Shown: positions 52,162 through 63,215 of the stretch, one piece after another
Layout of the letters: every line of letters begins with the position of its first letter
Numbering within the stretch: the first letter of the stretch is position 1
Made by a program: the position numbers and the translations under genes
Assembly: GCA_964447495.1 (NCBI GenBank)
Contig: CAYUTF010000002.1
Span: 1-64,000, forward strand
Origin: an uncultured archaeon
GTDB lineage: Archaea; Asgardarchaeota; Lokiarchaeia; Sigyniarchaeales; SOKP01
Direction of reading: 5' to 3'
Length of the DNA: 64,000 nt
The notes under the pieces: model-generated
What the model saw: the letters and a program-made list of their open reading frames with translations, nothing else
Told to the model about the DNA's origin: nothing
Database searches by the model: none

Positions 52162-54483
52162 ATGAAAAAAATCAATTTATTATCAAAAATAAAAGGTTAT
52201 TTAAAGCCAATCATCAAGAAAATTATTTTTAAGGAGATTTATATTGAGGGCAAAGAACCCCCTAAGTCATTTGCATTTGAGAAACGTTTTATAGGTATTT
52301 ATTCGATATTTTTATTCTATTCATTCATCTTATTATTTGCAATTAATTTTCCAGATAATGTCATAATTTATATCGTGACTTTTGGGAACCCCTTTGTGTT
52401 TGGAAATGCTATTGTGGCATTATTTTTATGCCTCTCAGTACTCTTCAGTAATGATAAAATAAGACACTTTATTTTCGAAGAACATACTATGATCAAGCAG
52501 ATAATTTTATATATTGGATTAACAACTGCGTTTTATTTCATATTTTTATCTCTAATAAATATAAATTTGATGAGTTATCTTCTTGGGTTATCTACGTTCT
52601 GGCTTATATTATTAAGTATTCGATTTTTTATGTATTCTCGCAAATTTGCTACTAAAATAGAAGCGCGTTTTATAGAAAAATATTCACTAATGAGAAGGAT
52701 AGGCGCATTTTTAACACCATATTTTATCTTAGCTCTTTTAGTTTTAATAGCTTTGATGTATCGAGGATTATTAGTCTTTATATCATTGGATATGTTTGGA
52801 TCTTATGACCCTACTAGTGCTGTAAACGTATATAACATAGAAATGCGATTAATAATGCCTTTAATTTATTTTAGTTTAATACTTACTTTACTCTTTATTA
52901 TTTTTGAATTTGTTTTTACTCGAAAAAAGGCTGAAACTAAAAGGGCAGGCTTATATGATAACTACACATTTTCTCTAATTGTATTATTTATCTTTTTCTT
53001 TCAGGTTCTACAAGTCACAATTTTTCTTTTATTGAGTCCAGAAACGATATCTACTATAAAGGCCACTGTTAGTTCAACTGGTTCACCTGTTACTTATATC
53101 TTTATATTTGAATTCTTTATTTCAATGTTCTTTCTATATCGTATTGTTAAAAAATTAGGAAAATCAATTGGATGGCAATTATTAATCTTTAAGAGAGATG
53201 GGTTAATTATATTAATTTTAGGGTGTGTTTTTGCTCAAACTTTGAGCCGTTTTTCCTTACAAACCCAAATTCCAAATCAATCCATTACGTTATTAGGAAA
53301 TTTCTTTATGGCTGATAAGTATGTTGTGTCGATAATAATGATTATCTTTCTTGGGTTAACATTGCTGATATATTATCTAAAACCACATGAAACTTCAATG
53401 TTTATTAGGCTGCAAAAAGAAACTATAAATAGAGAAGAGGAAAGCTTGGATATTATCTATAAATTAATAAAAAGTGAATATATAAGAAGAGCAGATGCGT
53501 ATCCTATCGAAATTCTTGAACGAGAATTGATTAAAGCAACAAAATTACCAAAGAATGAAGTATACTCTTTAATTCAAAAACTTACAGATGCAAATATGGA
53601 CGTTTACTTAACTGAAAAAACAGATGATTACGGAATAAAACAAAAAATTATTGATTTTGTGTCTGTCACAGAAAAATTTGACAGTAAAGGAGTTGCGCAA
53701 AAAAAGGCTAAGAAGTTTCTTTCGCAGAGATTATACAAAACTATGGCAAAAAAAAGTCAAACTCATCTTGCATTAAATAATAATTTAAAATCAGAGAAAG
53801 CATCTGATAAATTTCTAAATTCATTAGCAACAGATTTTACTAAAAAACAAAAAGATGATCAAAAAATAAAGCTGAAACAAAATGAAACTGAGATCTCATT
53901 TATTAGAAAAGATATTCCTGAATCATTGAAGGAGTCAATATTAAGTATTCTTAAAAAAGAATATACTTATCGTATTGAAAATGAAGAGAAATACCCTAAT
54001 TTCCTTTTTACAATCTCAGAAATTGCACCTGAAATTCAATTGGAAACGAGGATTAACCCGGGAGAGCTTTATCCTATTTTAGAAAATTTAAATCAAACAG
54101 ATATTGAATTGAAACTTTTAGATAATCCAGAAGAACCAGAAGATAAGATAATTAGCTTTTTTCCTATAGCAGATGATGATTTAACTTATGTCATCTCAAG
54201 TTTTAGACCTGAAGAATATAATAAAATTAAAATAGAAGTTATAAAGAACTTTATTAAGTATTTAGGACGAAAACGAGTAAAAGCTACCCTATCAAAGATA
54301 AAAAAGGAGATATCGAATGATACAGAACAGCAAAAACAATGGAATTTTATATATAGAATTTTATTAGATTATTTCTCTAATTTTGCTGAGCAAATGGAAA
54401 AAGAGAAAAAAGGAGGAGATATTTTAAAGGTTTTTAAGGTATTCCCCTTAAAAGATATTGATATTTTTAGTATTGAACTCTAA
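52162..54483 (+). CDS. Polytopic membrane protein with large cytoplasmic C-terminal domain
   Basis: About 10 TM segments in the first 405 aa, then a soluble region with an internal repeat (IKSEYIRR / LKKEYTYR). Confidence 0.75.
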   Translation: MKKINLLSKIKGYLKPIIKKIIFKEIYIEGKEPPKSFAFEKRFIGIYSIFLFYSFILLFAINFPDNVIIYIVTFGNPFVFGNAIVALFLCLSVLFSNDKIRHFIFEEHTMIKQIILYIGLTTAFYFIFLSLININLMSYLLGLSTFWLILLSIRFFMYSRKFATKIEARFIEKYSLMRRIGAFLTPYFILALLVLIALMYRGLLVFISLDMFGSYDPTSAVNVYNIEMRLIMPLIYFSLILTLLFIIFEFVFTRKKAETKRAGLYDNYTFSLIVLFIFFFQVLQVTIFLLLSPETISTIKATVSSTGSPVTYIFIFEFFISMFFLYRIVKKLGKSIGWQLLIFKRDGLIILILGCVFAQTLSRFSLQTQIPNQSITLLGNFFMADKYVVSIIMIIFLGLTLLIYYLKPHETSMFIRLQKETINREEESLDIIYKLIKSEYIRRADAYPIEILERELIKATKLPKNEVYSLIQKLTDANMDVYLTEKTDDYGIKQKIIDFVSVTEKFDSKGVAQKKAKKFLSQRLYKTMAKKSQTHLALNNNLKSEKASDKFLNSLATDFTKKQKDDQKIKLKQNETEISFIRKDIPESLKESILSILKKEYTYRIENEEKYPNFLFTISEIAPEIQLETRINPGELYPILENLNQTDIELKLLDNPEEPEDKIISFFPIADDDLTYVISSFRPEEYNKIKIEVIKNFIKYLGRKRVKATLSKIKKEISNDTEQQKQWNFIYRILLDYFSNFAEQMEKEKKGGDILKVFKVFPLKDIDIFSIEL

Positions 54484-54592
54484 TATTTCCATTAATATCT
54501 TAATAAAGTAATTAAAAGCAAAATTCAAGAAAGAAAAATAATTTATCTCTATCAATTTTTTCAGTATGATATGAAATTATCTCGTGGGATAA

Positions 54593-55864
54593 GTGATTAA
54601 AAAGCAATCTTTAAGAGTCTTTACAGGTATTTCTTCATTTCAATTCTTAGCAATGTTTAGAAGAGGCTTATTCTATACGTATCTGTCTATTTATTTAAGA
54701 GATTTCCTACACTTATCCGTTTGGCAGACGACCTTGTATGCCACTCTTCCCATGATTATGAGTGTCATATTTCAAAATTTTGCATGGGGTCCCTTAAGTG
54801 ATAAGCTGCAAAAGCGTAGATCTTTTATTTTATTAGGAGAAGTTTTAGCAGGAATAGGTACAACTTTAGTGTGGTTTATACATTCAATATTTATTGATTT
54901 TTTTGTTGCTGGTTTTGTAATTATTATAGGCTTATCATGTATTGAGATTTTCTGGAGCATGTCAAATATAGGATGGAGCGCCTTAATAAGCGATCTTTAC
55001 CCATTAAAAAAGAGAAGTAAAATCATGGGAGAGTTAACTAGTATTGGTGGTATAGGTCGTATTATTGGTATTTCCATTGGCGGATATCTCTATGATAGCG
55101 GTTTTGGATTTCGAAATGGGCCCTTGTTCTTTATTGCATCCCTTATAATGTTCTTATCTACTATCCCAATGTTTTTCACACCAGAAGGAGGGATTAAGAT
55201 TAGTAGAGATCCAATTTTAGAAGAGAATAATGTGAGTAACAATCATACTAATTACAAGACTATCTTTATCATTTTTATTGTCGCCTTAATTTTTGTAAAT
55301 TTTGGCCGAAATTCTATTGCTACAATTTATAGCCAATATTTAATCTTAGATGGCGGGTTTAATGTCGATAGTATATTATTGAGTTATATCGCTAATACTC
55401 GATCAGTTGCGGTATTAATAATAGGAGTTAGTGCTGGAGGATTAAGCAAGAGATTTGGAGATTCGAAAACATTCATTTTGGGGATTTTATTTGCTATTCT
55501 CGCACTTCTCATTACTGGATTAACTCCTGAATTACTTTTTATTTTTATTGGGAGTTTTCTAATAGGTACTGCAGAAGTTATCATATCTGCATCATCATAT
55601 ACTATTGCATCCAACCTTATTCCACCAAAAATTCGCGGTAAATTATTTGGTGTATATAATGCTACTTTCTTCCTTTCTTGGGGCTTAGCTTGCACCTTAA
55701 TATCGGGGCCTCTTATAGATTTTTTAATCAATCAAGGGATTAATGAAGTACTTGCCTATCAATCTGCCTTTATTGTAGGGGCATTAATAACCTCAATTGG
55801 ACTTATAATATATATAATTTTAGAAATTTGGCTAAATATTAGAAAGAAAAAGAAAGACCTATAA
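54593..55864 (+). CDS. MFS transporter
   Basis: About 12 TM; WGPLSDKLQKR motif A; IRGKLFG. Confidence 0.9.
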   Translation: MIKKQSLRVFTGISSFQFLAMFRRGLFYTYLSIYLRDFLHLSVWQTTLYATLPMIMSVIFQNFAWGPLSDKLQKRRSFILLGEVLAGIGTTLVWFIHSIFIDFFVAGFVIIIGLSCIEIFWSMSNIGWSALISDLYPLKKRSKIMGELTSIGGIGRIIGISIGGYLYDSGFGFRNGPLFFIASLIMFLSTIPMFFTPEGGIKISRDPILEENNVSNNHTNYKTIFIIFIVALIFVNFGRNSIATIYSQYLILDGGFNVDSILLSYIANTRSVAVLIIGVSAGGLSKRFGDSKTFILGILFAILALLITGLTPELLFIFIGSFLIGTAEVIISASSYTIASNLIPPKIRGKLFGVYNATFFLSWGLACTLISGPLIDFLINQGINEVLAYQSAFIVGALITSIGLIIYIILEIWLNIRKKKKDL

Positions 55865-55916
55865 CTTAACGAGTAAAATTAGATTAAATTAAAAATAGAA
55901 ATTAAAAAAAATATTA

Positions 55917-56087
55917 TTATTTACAACAATTTTCACACACATACTCATCTAATCGGATATATCCGCAAGTGGGACCCATATAACATTCAAATGCATTTGA
56001 TTCCTCATTATAAGTCATAGTGTATCCACAGTGCATGGGTATTGTTTCGCTTACTTTTCCACATTTCGTACATTTTAACTCTGTCAT
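55917..56087 (-). CDS. Small Cys-rich metal-binding protein downstream of copA (56 aa)
   Basis: MTELKCTKCGKVSETIPMHCGYTMTYNEESNAFECYMGPTCGYIRLDEYVCENCCK; SD GAGGTGA; similar to the CopA C-terminal domain. Not in the ORF track. Confidence 0.85.
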   Translation of the reverse strand: MTELKCTKCGKVSETIPMHCGYTMTYNEESNAFECYMGPTCGYIRLDEYVCENCCK

Positions 56088-56108
56088 TATTTATCACCTC
56101 TCACAATT

Positions 56109-59108
56109 CTATTTAATGAGTTTCATGGGCTTTCCATGATGTTTTGGCACAGGTACATTACCACATGAAGCACCCATCCAGCAAACTAACTGATCTCCTT
56201 CCTTATGCATGGGTTTTCCGCAATGCATAGGCACATCTTGCTCAAGTCCACATTCTTCACATTTTAATTTTGACATACTTTTATCATTCTCTTTTTTTTT
56301 ATTTAGTTCAATATATTTTTCAGGATTGTTTTTAAATTCTGCTCTACATGATTCACTGCAAAAATAGTATTTCTTCCCATTTAATTCATACTCAATCCAA
56401 TCTTCTGGCTTCCCTTTCATGCCACATACAGGATCAGTAACTAATTCAGATTCCTCACTCATCATCTGCATTAATTTAGGATTCATGTTATCATAGTTTT
56501 TAAATTTCTCAGGCTCTCTTTTGAAATGTGCTTCACAATTAGGACTACAAAAATGATATAATTTATCCTCATATACGTATTCAATCGCACGGCGGGGCTC
56601 AATTTTCATACCACATACAGGATCAACAACCTTTTCTTGGGATAATAATATTCGTTCCTCTTCAACTTGTAATGGAGTCTTTGGTTCGTATCTTTTCAGA
56701 AGCAGCGCATTTGCTACTACTGAAACTGAACTGGAAGCCATAAAAACCGCTGCTAAATAGGGAGGCAAAAAGAATCCAGTGACATAATATAAAACTCCTG
56801 CTGCAATTGGTATACCTATTAGATTATATATAAATGCCCAGAATAAATTGGTTAACATTTTCTTGTAGGTTTTTTTAGATAAATTAATCGCAGCTACAAC
56901 ATTTCTTAAGTCTCCGCGCATTAAAACGATATCTGCTGTTTCTATAGCTATATCTGTACCTGAACCAATCGCAATCCCGACATCAGCTTGAGCCAATGCA
57001 GGAGCATCATTGATTCCATCCCCGACCATTGCAACTACTGCTTTTTTATATTCCTGCAATTTTTTAATAGTCTCGGCTTTTTCGTTAGGAAGAACTTCTG
57101 CTAAGATATTATTTTCTTCTATTCCTAGTTGCTTTCCAATGCTTAAACCAGTTTTTTTATTATCCCCAGTTATCATATAAATCTTAAGTCCCTTTTCCTT
57201 TAATTTTTCGAGTGTATAGAATGCCTGGTCTTTGATTTTATCTGAAATACCAATAACTCCCCGTAATTTATTGTCAACACTGATTAAAATTGAAGTCACT
57301 CCGTCTTCTTGGAATTCATTTAATTTTGAATGGTATTTATCTATGGAAACGTTATTCTCAAGCATTAATTTTTCATTACCGACAATGACCTCTTCATCAT
57401 TTATTTTTGCGATGATTCCTTTTCCCGGTTTCGCATCAAATTCATTAGGAGTTTCTAAGACTAATCCTCTTTGATTAGCTTCCTCTATTATTGCACGAGC
57501 TAATGGATGTTCAGAACCCATTTCAGCACTACCCGCAGCGAATAAGACCTTTCGTTCGTCAAATCCGTCTCCATTTAATTCTTTCTCAGTGAAAATTTTT
57601 GAAACTCTTGGTTTCCCGACAGTTAAAGTTCCAGTTTTATCGAAAACAATGGTGTTAACCGAATTAATTGCTTCCAATGAGTCTCCTCCTTTGAGTAAGA
57701 TCCCATTTTCCGCTCCTTTCCCTGTTCCCACCATTATAGCAGTTGGAATTGCTAAGCCTAGGGCACATGGACATGAAATTACAACAACAGAAGTAAATAC
57801 AAGTAAGGATAATTCTAAACGTTGGGAAAATTCCATATCGTTAAATGCTATAAAAAACCAATATAAAAACGCCCCAATAGCAATTAAAACTACAGTTGGT
57901 ACAAAATAATTGCTAACTTTATCGGCGAGTCTTTGTTTTGCCGCCTTTTTACTTTGTGCTTCCTTTACAAAGTCAATAATTTGGAACAGAAGAGTGTCTT
58001 TCCCTATTCGTTCAGATACTACATTTATTAGCCCAGTTTGATTCACTGTTGCCCCAATTACTTCACTATCAACTTCCTTTTTTACATATTGACTTTCACC
58101 GGTAATCATCGACTCATCAATTTTAGATTTTCCTTTTACTACTCTCCCATCGACAGGGATTTTCTCACCGGGTCTCACAATTAAAATATCTCCAACTTCA
58201 ATCTCTTCTATAGGAATCTCTAATTCTTTTCCATCTTTTAACAACGTTGCTGTCTTAGGTTGTAAGCCAATAAGTTTTTTTATTGCCTCAGATGTTTGCC
58301 CTTTTGTCTTTTGTTCAAAATATTTCCCAATTAATAGGAATGATAAAATCATTGACATTGCTTCATAAAATGTTTTTCCATCAATGAAGAAAGTTGTTAA
58401 TATTGAATAGACTAAGGCAGTAGTAGTTCCTAACGCAACTAAAACATCCATATTTGTTGATTTATTTTTTAATGATTTGTATGCTCCTATAAGAAAAAAA
58501 GAACCTGCAATACTATAATTGCCTAAAGCTAAGAAAAAAAGTACAATATTCCTAATAAAAGATTCTGCTACCCACCAGCTTATTGGAGTAATAACCAGAG
58601 TAAAACTTAAAGATATCAATAAGATTCGAAGCCTATATCTCATTTCTTTTTTATGTTTTTCAATTTCCTTATCAATAGCCCCTGCTGCTTTTTCGATATT
58701 ATAACCCAATTTCTTAATATTCGTATATATTTTATTTTCATCAATTTTTAATTCATTGAATTCAATGAATAATTTAGATGCCACAAAATTTCCTCGAACA
58801 TTATATATCCCCTCAATTAATTTAACATTACTAATTAGTGAATTAAAAGCATTCTCATCAAGGGGATCATTAATTTTAATATCCACTTTTGCTAAAGTTG
58901 ATTTATAACCTAAATCACGAATAGCTTTATCAAATTCTCCATAATTTGTTAATTTATCATTATATTCTACTGTCGCTTCCTCATTCGCGAAATTTACCAC
59001 GGAACTAGAAACTCCTGGCATATCTTTAAGTTTTGTTTCAATTTTTAAAGCACATGATGCACAAGTCATTCCGCCAAGCTTGATTTTAATTTTTTCTGGA
59101 GATTCCAG
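56109..59108 (-). CDS. copA: Copper-translocating P1B-type ATPase with HMA, two YHS domains and a Cys/His C-terminal domain; probable CTG start
   Basis: [34 protein letters not shown] and MxxSS motifs; DPVCGM twice. The frame extends 13 codons upstream of the track start to a CTG preceded by AAGGTGA. Confidence 0.93.
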   Translation of the reverse strand: MESPEKIKIKLGGMTCASCALKIETKLKDMPGVSSSVVNFANEEATVEYNDKLTNYGEFDKAIRDLGYKSTLAKVDIKINDPLDENAFNSLISNVKLIEGIYNVRGNFVASKLFIEFNELKIDENKIYTNIKKLGYNIEKAAGAIDKEIEKHKKEMRYRLRILLISLSFTLVITPISWWVAESFIRNIVLFFLALGNYSIAGSFFLIGAYKSLKNKSTNMDVLVALGTTTALVYSILTTFFIDGKTFYEAMSMILSFLLIGKYFEQKTKGQTSEAIKKLIGLQPKTATLLKDGKELEIPIEEIEVGDILIVRPGEKIPVDGRVVKGKSKIDESMITGESQYVKKEVDSEVIGATVNQTGLINVVSERIGKDTLLFQIIDFVKEAQSKKAAKQRLADKVSNYFVPTVVLIAIGAFLYWFFIAFNDMEFSQRLELSLLVFTSVVVISCPCALGLAIPTAIMVGTGKGAENGILLKGGDSLEAINSVNTIVFDKTGTLTVGKPRVSKIFTEKELNGDGFDERKVLFAAGSAEMGSEHPLARAIIEEANQRGLVLETPNEFDAKPGKGIIAKINDEEVIVGNEKLMLENNVSIDKYHSKLNEFQEDGVTSILISVDNKLRGVIGISDKIKDQAFYTLEKLKEKGLKIYMITGDNKKTGLSIGKQLGIEENNILAEVLPNEKAETIKKLQEYKKAVVAMVGDGINDAPALAQADVGIAIGSGTDIAIETADIVLMRGDLRNVVAAINLSKKTYKKMLTNLFWAFIYNLIGIPIAAGVLYYVTGFFLPPYLAAVFMASSSVSVVANALLLKRYEPKTPLQVEEERILLSQEKVVDPVCGMKIEPRRAIEYVYEDKLYHFCSPNCEAHFKREPEKFKNYDNMNPKLMQMMSEESELVTDPVCGMKGKPEDWIEYELNGKKYYFCSESCRAEFKNNPEKYIELNKKKENDKSMSKLKCEECGLEQDVPMHCGKPMHKEGDQLVCWMGASCGNVPVPKHHGKPMKLIK

Positions 59109-59268
59109 ATTTAATCACCTTATAAAATAATCCTACTCTAAAAATAGATAATACAATAAAAATAGCTATTGCTTATAATTTGAAATACATCCGAATTATT
59201 TACAAATAATAAGTACTACTAAGGGAGAGATTTCATTTAAAGTATTACTATATTTAAAATAGAGACTC

Positions 59269-59655
59269 TTAGCTCTTATTTTGTTTAGAAAAATATTTCT
59301 GAATTGCATCATGTAAAGCATCAGCTGCTAAATTGCTGCAGTGGAGCTTTATAGGAGGTAATCCGCCCAATGAGTCAGCAACATCATCTCTTGTTATTTT
59401 ATTAGCTTCTTCTAAAGTTTTTCCTTTAGCTAATTCAGTAATCATTGACGATGTAGCTATGGCTGCGGCACAGCCAAATGTTTGAAAGGAAATATCATTA
59501 ATAATTTTCTTTCCTTCCTTCTCTTTGACCTTAATATATATATACATAAGATCTCCGCAAACAGGGTTCCCAAACTCGCCCACAACATCTGCATCCTTCA
59601 TTTCTCCAATATTCCGAGGATTTTTGAAATGATCCAATACTTTATCTGAGTACAA
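59269..59655 (-). CDS. iscU: Fe-S cluster scaffold IscU/NifU
   Basis: YSDKVLDHFKNPRNIG, GNPVCGD, FGCAAAIA, LPPIKLHCS. Confidence 0.95.
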   Translation of the reverse strand: MYSDKVLDHFKNPRNIGEMKDADVVGEFGNPVCGDLMYIYIKVKEKEGKKIINDISFQTFGCAAAIATSSMITELAKGKTLEEANKITRDDVADSLGGLPPIKLHCSNLAADALHDAIQKYFSKQNKS

Positions 59656-59729
59656 TGTTGCTAACCTTCTTTAATTTAATGAATGTCAAATGTGTAATGT
59701 AAAATTCTAATATTATATTGATATTGTAT

Positions 59730-62012
59730 TTAATTTAAAATTAATAATTTTCTTTTCTGAGGTAATGATACCTTCTCTACACCTAATTCTTTCACATAGT
59801 CTACAACGTCTATTAGATTTTTAGCAGACTGATGAAAAAAGCATACTTCTTTCGGTTCAAGGTTTTCAATCATTTTTGTGAGTTGTTTTTTATCAGAGTG
59901 TAGGATAATTTTTAACTGAGGAACAAAAGTATTTATTAATAGTGCTCTGAAGGGGACTTTCCATGTTTCTGAAAATGTAATTTCATCGCTTCCAGAAATT
60001 AAAGCTTGTCCAGGTTCTTCATGAATAGAGCCTGCGAGATAGACTAAATTATGTGGATTCCTTCCAATGATATTAATAATGTTTCGAATAATCCCATAGG
60101 AGAGATCAGGAGGATGACTTATAATAATATTATTCTTTTTTCTTAAAAATTCTAAATCCGTTACGTCAAACCACCGAAATTTTATACTATTAAAAGGATT
60201 CGCTTTATCTCGTATGAGGTTAGAAATTGGTCCGTAAATATATTCATAGCGATGATTTATAACTTGAATATTTTTCTTTACCATCATATCGACATAAATA
60301 TTGGGTCTATTTTTAAAATTCTTTCTTATTTGTAGTTTTCTAAAATATCTCCAAAAGATTAACATGAAAGTAATTGCTAAACTTGAAGGGTCAGCTCCGA
60401 TTAACACACTATCCTCATATTCTGCTTTTTGTTCCAAGAATAATATTAAACTGTGAAATGTTTCAGATATATCTCCGTAATCTTCCATTGCACAGGTTCC
60501 ATCTATTAGAAGATAATCAATAGGTTTCGAAATTTGTCCTAAAAATCTTCTTGTTCCAGCAAACGGGGTTATATCATAATAAGTGTAATCCCCTGTATAT
60601 AGAAAACGGAAATCCTTGACTTTTGCTAATATCATTAGTGCGCCAGGCATGTGACCCGCATGGTAGAAAGAAAGATAACATCCCTTCTCCTTGAATTTTA
60701 CCTTCGAACCGTTTTCTACATAAATAACATTTCTAACTATATTTTGATATTCCTCTTCCTCTATATTTGTATGTGATTCTTGCTTCAAAAAGTTAGAATC
60801 GCGAAGTAAATATAAATCCAAAGTTATTCTTGAGCATAAAATTGGAATATCAGGAAAAGTTTTTATGAGTTGTTTTAATCCAGAGATATGATCGTAATGG
60901 CTATGTGATAAAAATATTGCATCTATCTCAGAATTTACTTGTTCAAAGTTAATATCTTTTTCTAGTTCCAATTGACTCCTTTTTTTCTCAGCATCAGCCA
61001 GAAGTTTTGAAAAATTAACTAAATATTCTTGTATATAGTTGAAATCACCTTCTTTATCCTCTTCTTCTTTTGGTTCAGAGAGACCGCAATCTAATAAAAT
61101 ATTGAGCTTTCCTAATCCTAAGATATGACAGTTATGATTTGGTTTCAATACAATAGGATATATTGTAACTCTTATCTTTTCAGAATCACTTTCCCCATTA
61201 TTTAAAGAAATATTTTCAAAGTATGATTCATTATATCTCTTCTCGATTTTATCAATAGCAAGTGAGATTTCACTACCTCCAACAGGGACGCCTGTTATGT
61301 AAAAATACCAGCCATATTTATTTACTATCTCCTTTAAATTTTCATACATCACGTCTGCAATTAAAGATTTTACCACAATAACTCTTTTTTCTTGATAATA
61401 TATTATTTTTTTTATTGATTTCTTCTCCTTTTCAGGAATAGTTTGGTTCTTATAAAAGAGATCATCGAGGACTTCTTTAATGGGCATTTGAGGGATTTTT
61501 TCTGATTCTAAAACTCGTTTGTAAGCAAAATATTCTTTAGTATTGTATAAAGCCCGCATATTTCGTTTTTCTTTTAAACTAATTGTATTATCGTTGAACT
61601 GGTATTTTTCGGTGAGTATAGTTTCTTCTTCTTTATGGATTTGAGCTTTTTTTTGCTTCTTCTTTTCAGCTTTTAAAACATAAAAATACCATCCATACAT
61701 TTGAATTAATTTATCCCGATTATAGATGAAATCTTTTCCAGATTTAGTAATGGGTATAATAGTTCTATGTTTTTCTGAAAATATTATTCTAGAAATTGAT
61801 TTTTTTGTTTTTTCAGAAATAAGATTATTTTTTACAAAGAGATGTTCTATTACTTCCTTTATAGGTTTTTGAAGGATATTTTTTTGTTCCATTAATTTTA
61901 GTTTATTGGAATATGATTTAGTTTTAAAAGAGACATCAGATATGTCTTTTTCTTCTAAATTAATTGTATAATCCGAAAATTTTAATTCCTCACTAACCAT
62001 TAAATAGATCAA
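59730..62012 (-). CDS. Divergent MBL/beta-CASP ribonuclease-like protein with duplicated N-terminal domain
   Basis: LDCG, SHSHYDH, AGHMPG, YTGD, LHSD motifs; two N-terminal repeats ending YGWYFY. Confidence 0.8.
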   Translation of the reverse strand: MIYLMVSEELKFSDYTINLEEKDISDVSFKTKSYSNKLKLMEQKNILQKPIKEVIEHLFVKNNLISEKTKKSISRIIFSEKHRTIIPITKSGKDFIYNRDKLIQMYGWYFYVLKAEKKKQKKAQIHKEEETILTEKYQFNDNTISLKEKRNMRALYNTKEYFAYKRVLESEKIPQMPIKEVLDDLFYKNQTIPEKEKKSIKKIIYYQEKRVIVVKSLIADVMYENLKEIVNKYGWYFYITGVPVGGSEISLAIDKIEKRYNESYFENISLNNGESDSEKIRVTIYPIVLKPNHNCHILGLGKLNILLDCGLSEPKEEEDKEGDFNYIQEYLVNFSKLLADAEKKRSQLELEKDINFEQVNSEIDAIFLSHSHYDHISGLKQLIKTFPDIPILCSRITLDLYLLRDSNFLKQESHTNIEEEEYQNIVRNVIYVENGSKVKFKEKGCYLSFYHAGHMPGALMILAKVKDFRFLYTGDYTYYDITPFAGTRRFLGQISKPIDYLLIDGTCAMEDYGDISETFHSLILFLEQKAEYEDSVLIGADPSSLAITFMLIFWRYFRKLQIRKNFKNRPNIYVDMMVKKNIQVINHRYEYIYGPISNLIRDKANPFNSIKFRWFDVTDLEFLRKKNNIIISHPPDLSYGIIRNIINIIGRNPHNLVYLAGSIHEEPGQALISGSDEITFSETWKVPFRALLINTFVPQLKIILHSDKKQLTKMIENLEPKEVCFFHQSAKNLIDVVDYVKELGVEKVSLPQKRKLLILN

Positions 62013-62063
62013 ATTATCTTAACAAAAAATTGTTACGAATTTTTCATATTTTTTATTTATCAC

Positions 62064-62642
62064 TTAAACCTTTCGTCTTTTAAATAAAAGCCAACGAGTT
62101 CTTTCTCTTGGAGGAAAATTACCTCCATCAACAGAACTTACTTGTTCAATAGAAATAAAAGCTTTGGGATTATTCTTTCTAATGATACTTAAAACTTTGG
62201 GAAGATTTTTACGTTTAATAATTAACATAACTAATTTAACCATTCCCTTTGTCCCTTCAGCAGTCATAGTAGTTAATCCATATCCTTTTTCTCTTAAAAT
62301 ATTGATTAATTTTTCTGGATTTTCTTTAACTATTAAATGAAGATTTAATAATCCTAATGAAATTTTATTTTCGATCATTAAACCCACATAATTTCCCGTT
62401 GCAAAACCTCCCGCATATGCAAAATAATAGATTATATTTGTTAAATCGCTGAATATTTGTCCAATTGCTAGTAACCATATTAAAATCTCAAAAAATCCCA
62501 CAATGGGAGCTAATTTTTTCCTACCTTGTGAAATAAACACTATTCTTAAAGTTCCTAATGTTACATCAGCAACCCGAGCGAAAAAAATAAGTATTGGTAA
62601 AATAATCAAAGAAAATATTGGATTTTCAAATAAAAATAACAT
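62064..62642 (-). CDS. DUF2179/DUF5698 (UPF0316) membrane protein
   Basis: ARVADVTLGTLR, GFFE, YAGGFATGNYVG, NPKAF. Confidence 0.88.
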   Translation of the reverse strand: MLFLFENPIFSLIILPILIFFARVADVTLGTLRIVFISQGRKKLAPIVGFFEILIWLLAIGQIFSDLTNIIYYFAYAGGFATGNYVGLMIENKISLGLLNLHLIVKENPEKLINILREKGYGLTTMTAEGTKGMVKLVMLIIKRKNLPKVLSIIRKNNPKAFISIEQVSSVDGGNFPPRERTRWLLFKRRKV

Positions 62643-62721
62643 AAGTAATCAAATAATAACATCCTAATAGATATTAAATAAAAATTATCAGGAAAAAAAT
62701 ACTTTATGAACAAAAAAAAGA

Positions 62722-63147
62722 TTATTTTTGCTTTGAAAAAACAGTATTTTTTAAGATTGTTTTTAATTCATTAAGAGGATAACCTTTACTTTCTAAATCA
62801 GTTACAACATTAGCAGTACTAAGAGCGTTTAGCATCTCTTTTTGGTTTTCTTTTGAAAGTTCTACACCTATTTCAGTTGGTAATGATTTCTCAGTATATG
62901 CTATTTCATTTAGTTCCATAAATCTAGGCATTATGAATTTCTCTAATTTTTCACTAAACTTTGATGATATAGTTGATGATACTGACATTAAATCAATTGC
63001 TTCTACAAACACGTTAATTAGATTTTTGTTTACTTTAATAATTCCATATTCTTGCCCTTTTTTCTTAAATTCACTTTTTATATAAATGATATCATTTACT
63101 ATCGAATTATATTTATAAGTATATTGATTCATTTTTTCATCACCCAA
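62722..63147 (-). CDS. Hypothetical protein
   Basis: 141-aa ORF co-oriented with its neighbours. Confidence 0.6.
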   Translation of the reverse strand: MGDEKMNQYTYKYNSIVNDIIYIKSEFKKKGQEYGIIKVNKNLINVFVEAIDLMSVSSTISSKFSEKLEKFIMPRFMELNEIAYTEKSLPTEIGVELSKENQKEMLNALSTANVVTDLESKGYPLNELKTILKNTVFSKQK

Positions 63148-63215
63148 GAAAATAGTTCTCTGGTTTTTAATAATAACATCTTTTTTTTAAAATTTTTTAT
63201 TATAAAATTATTCTT

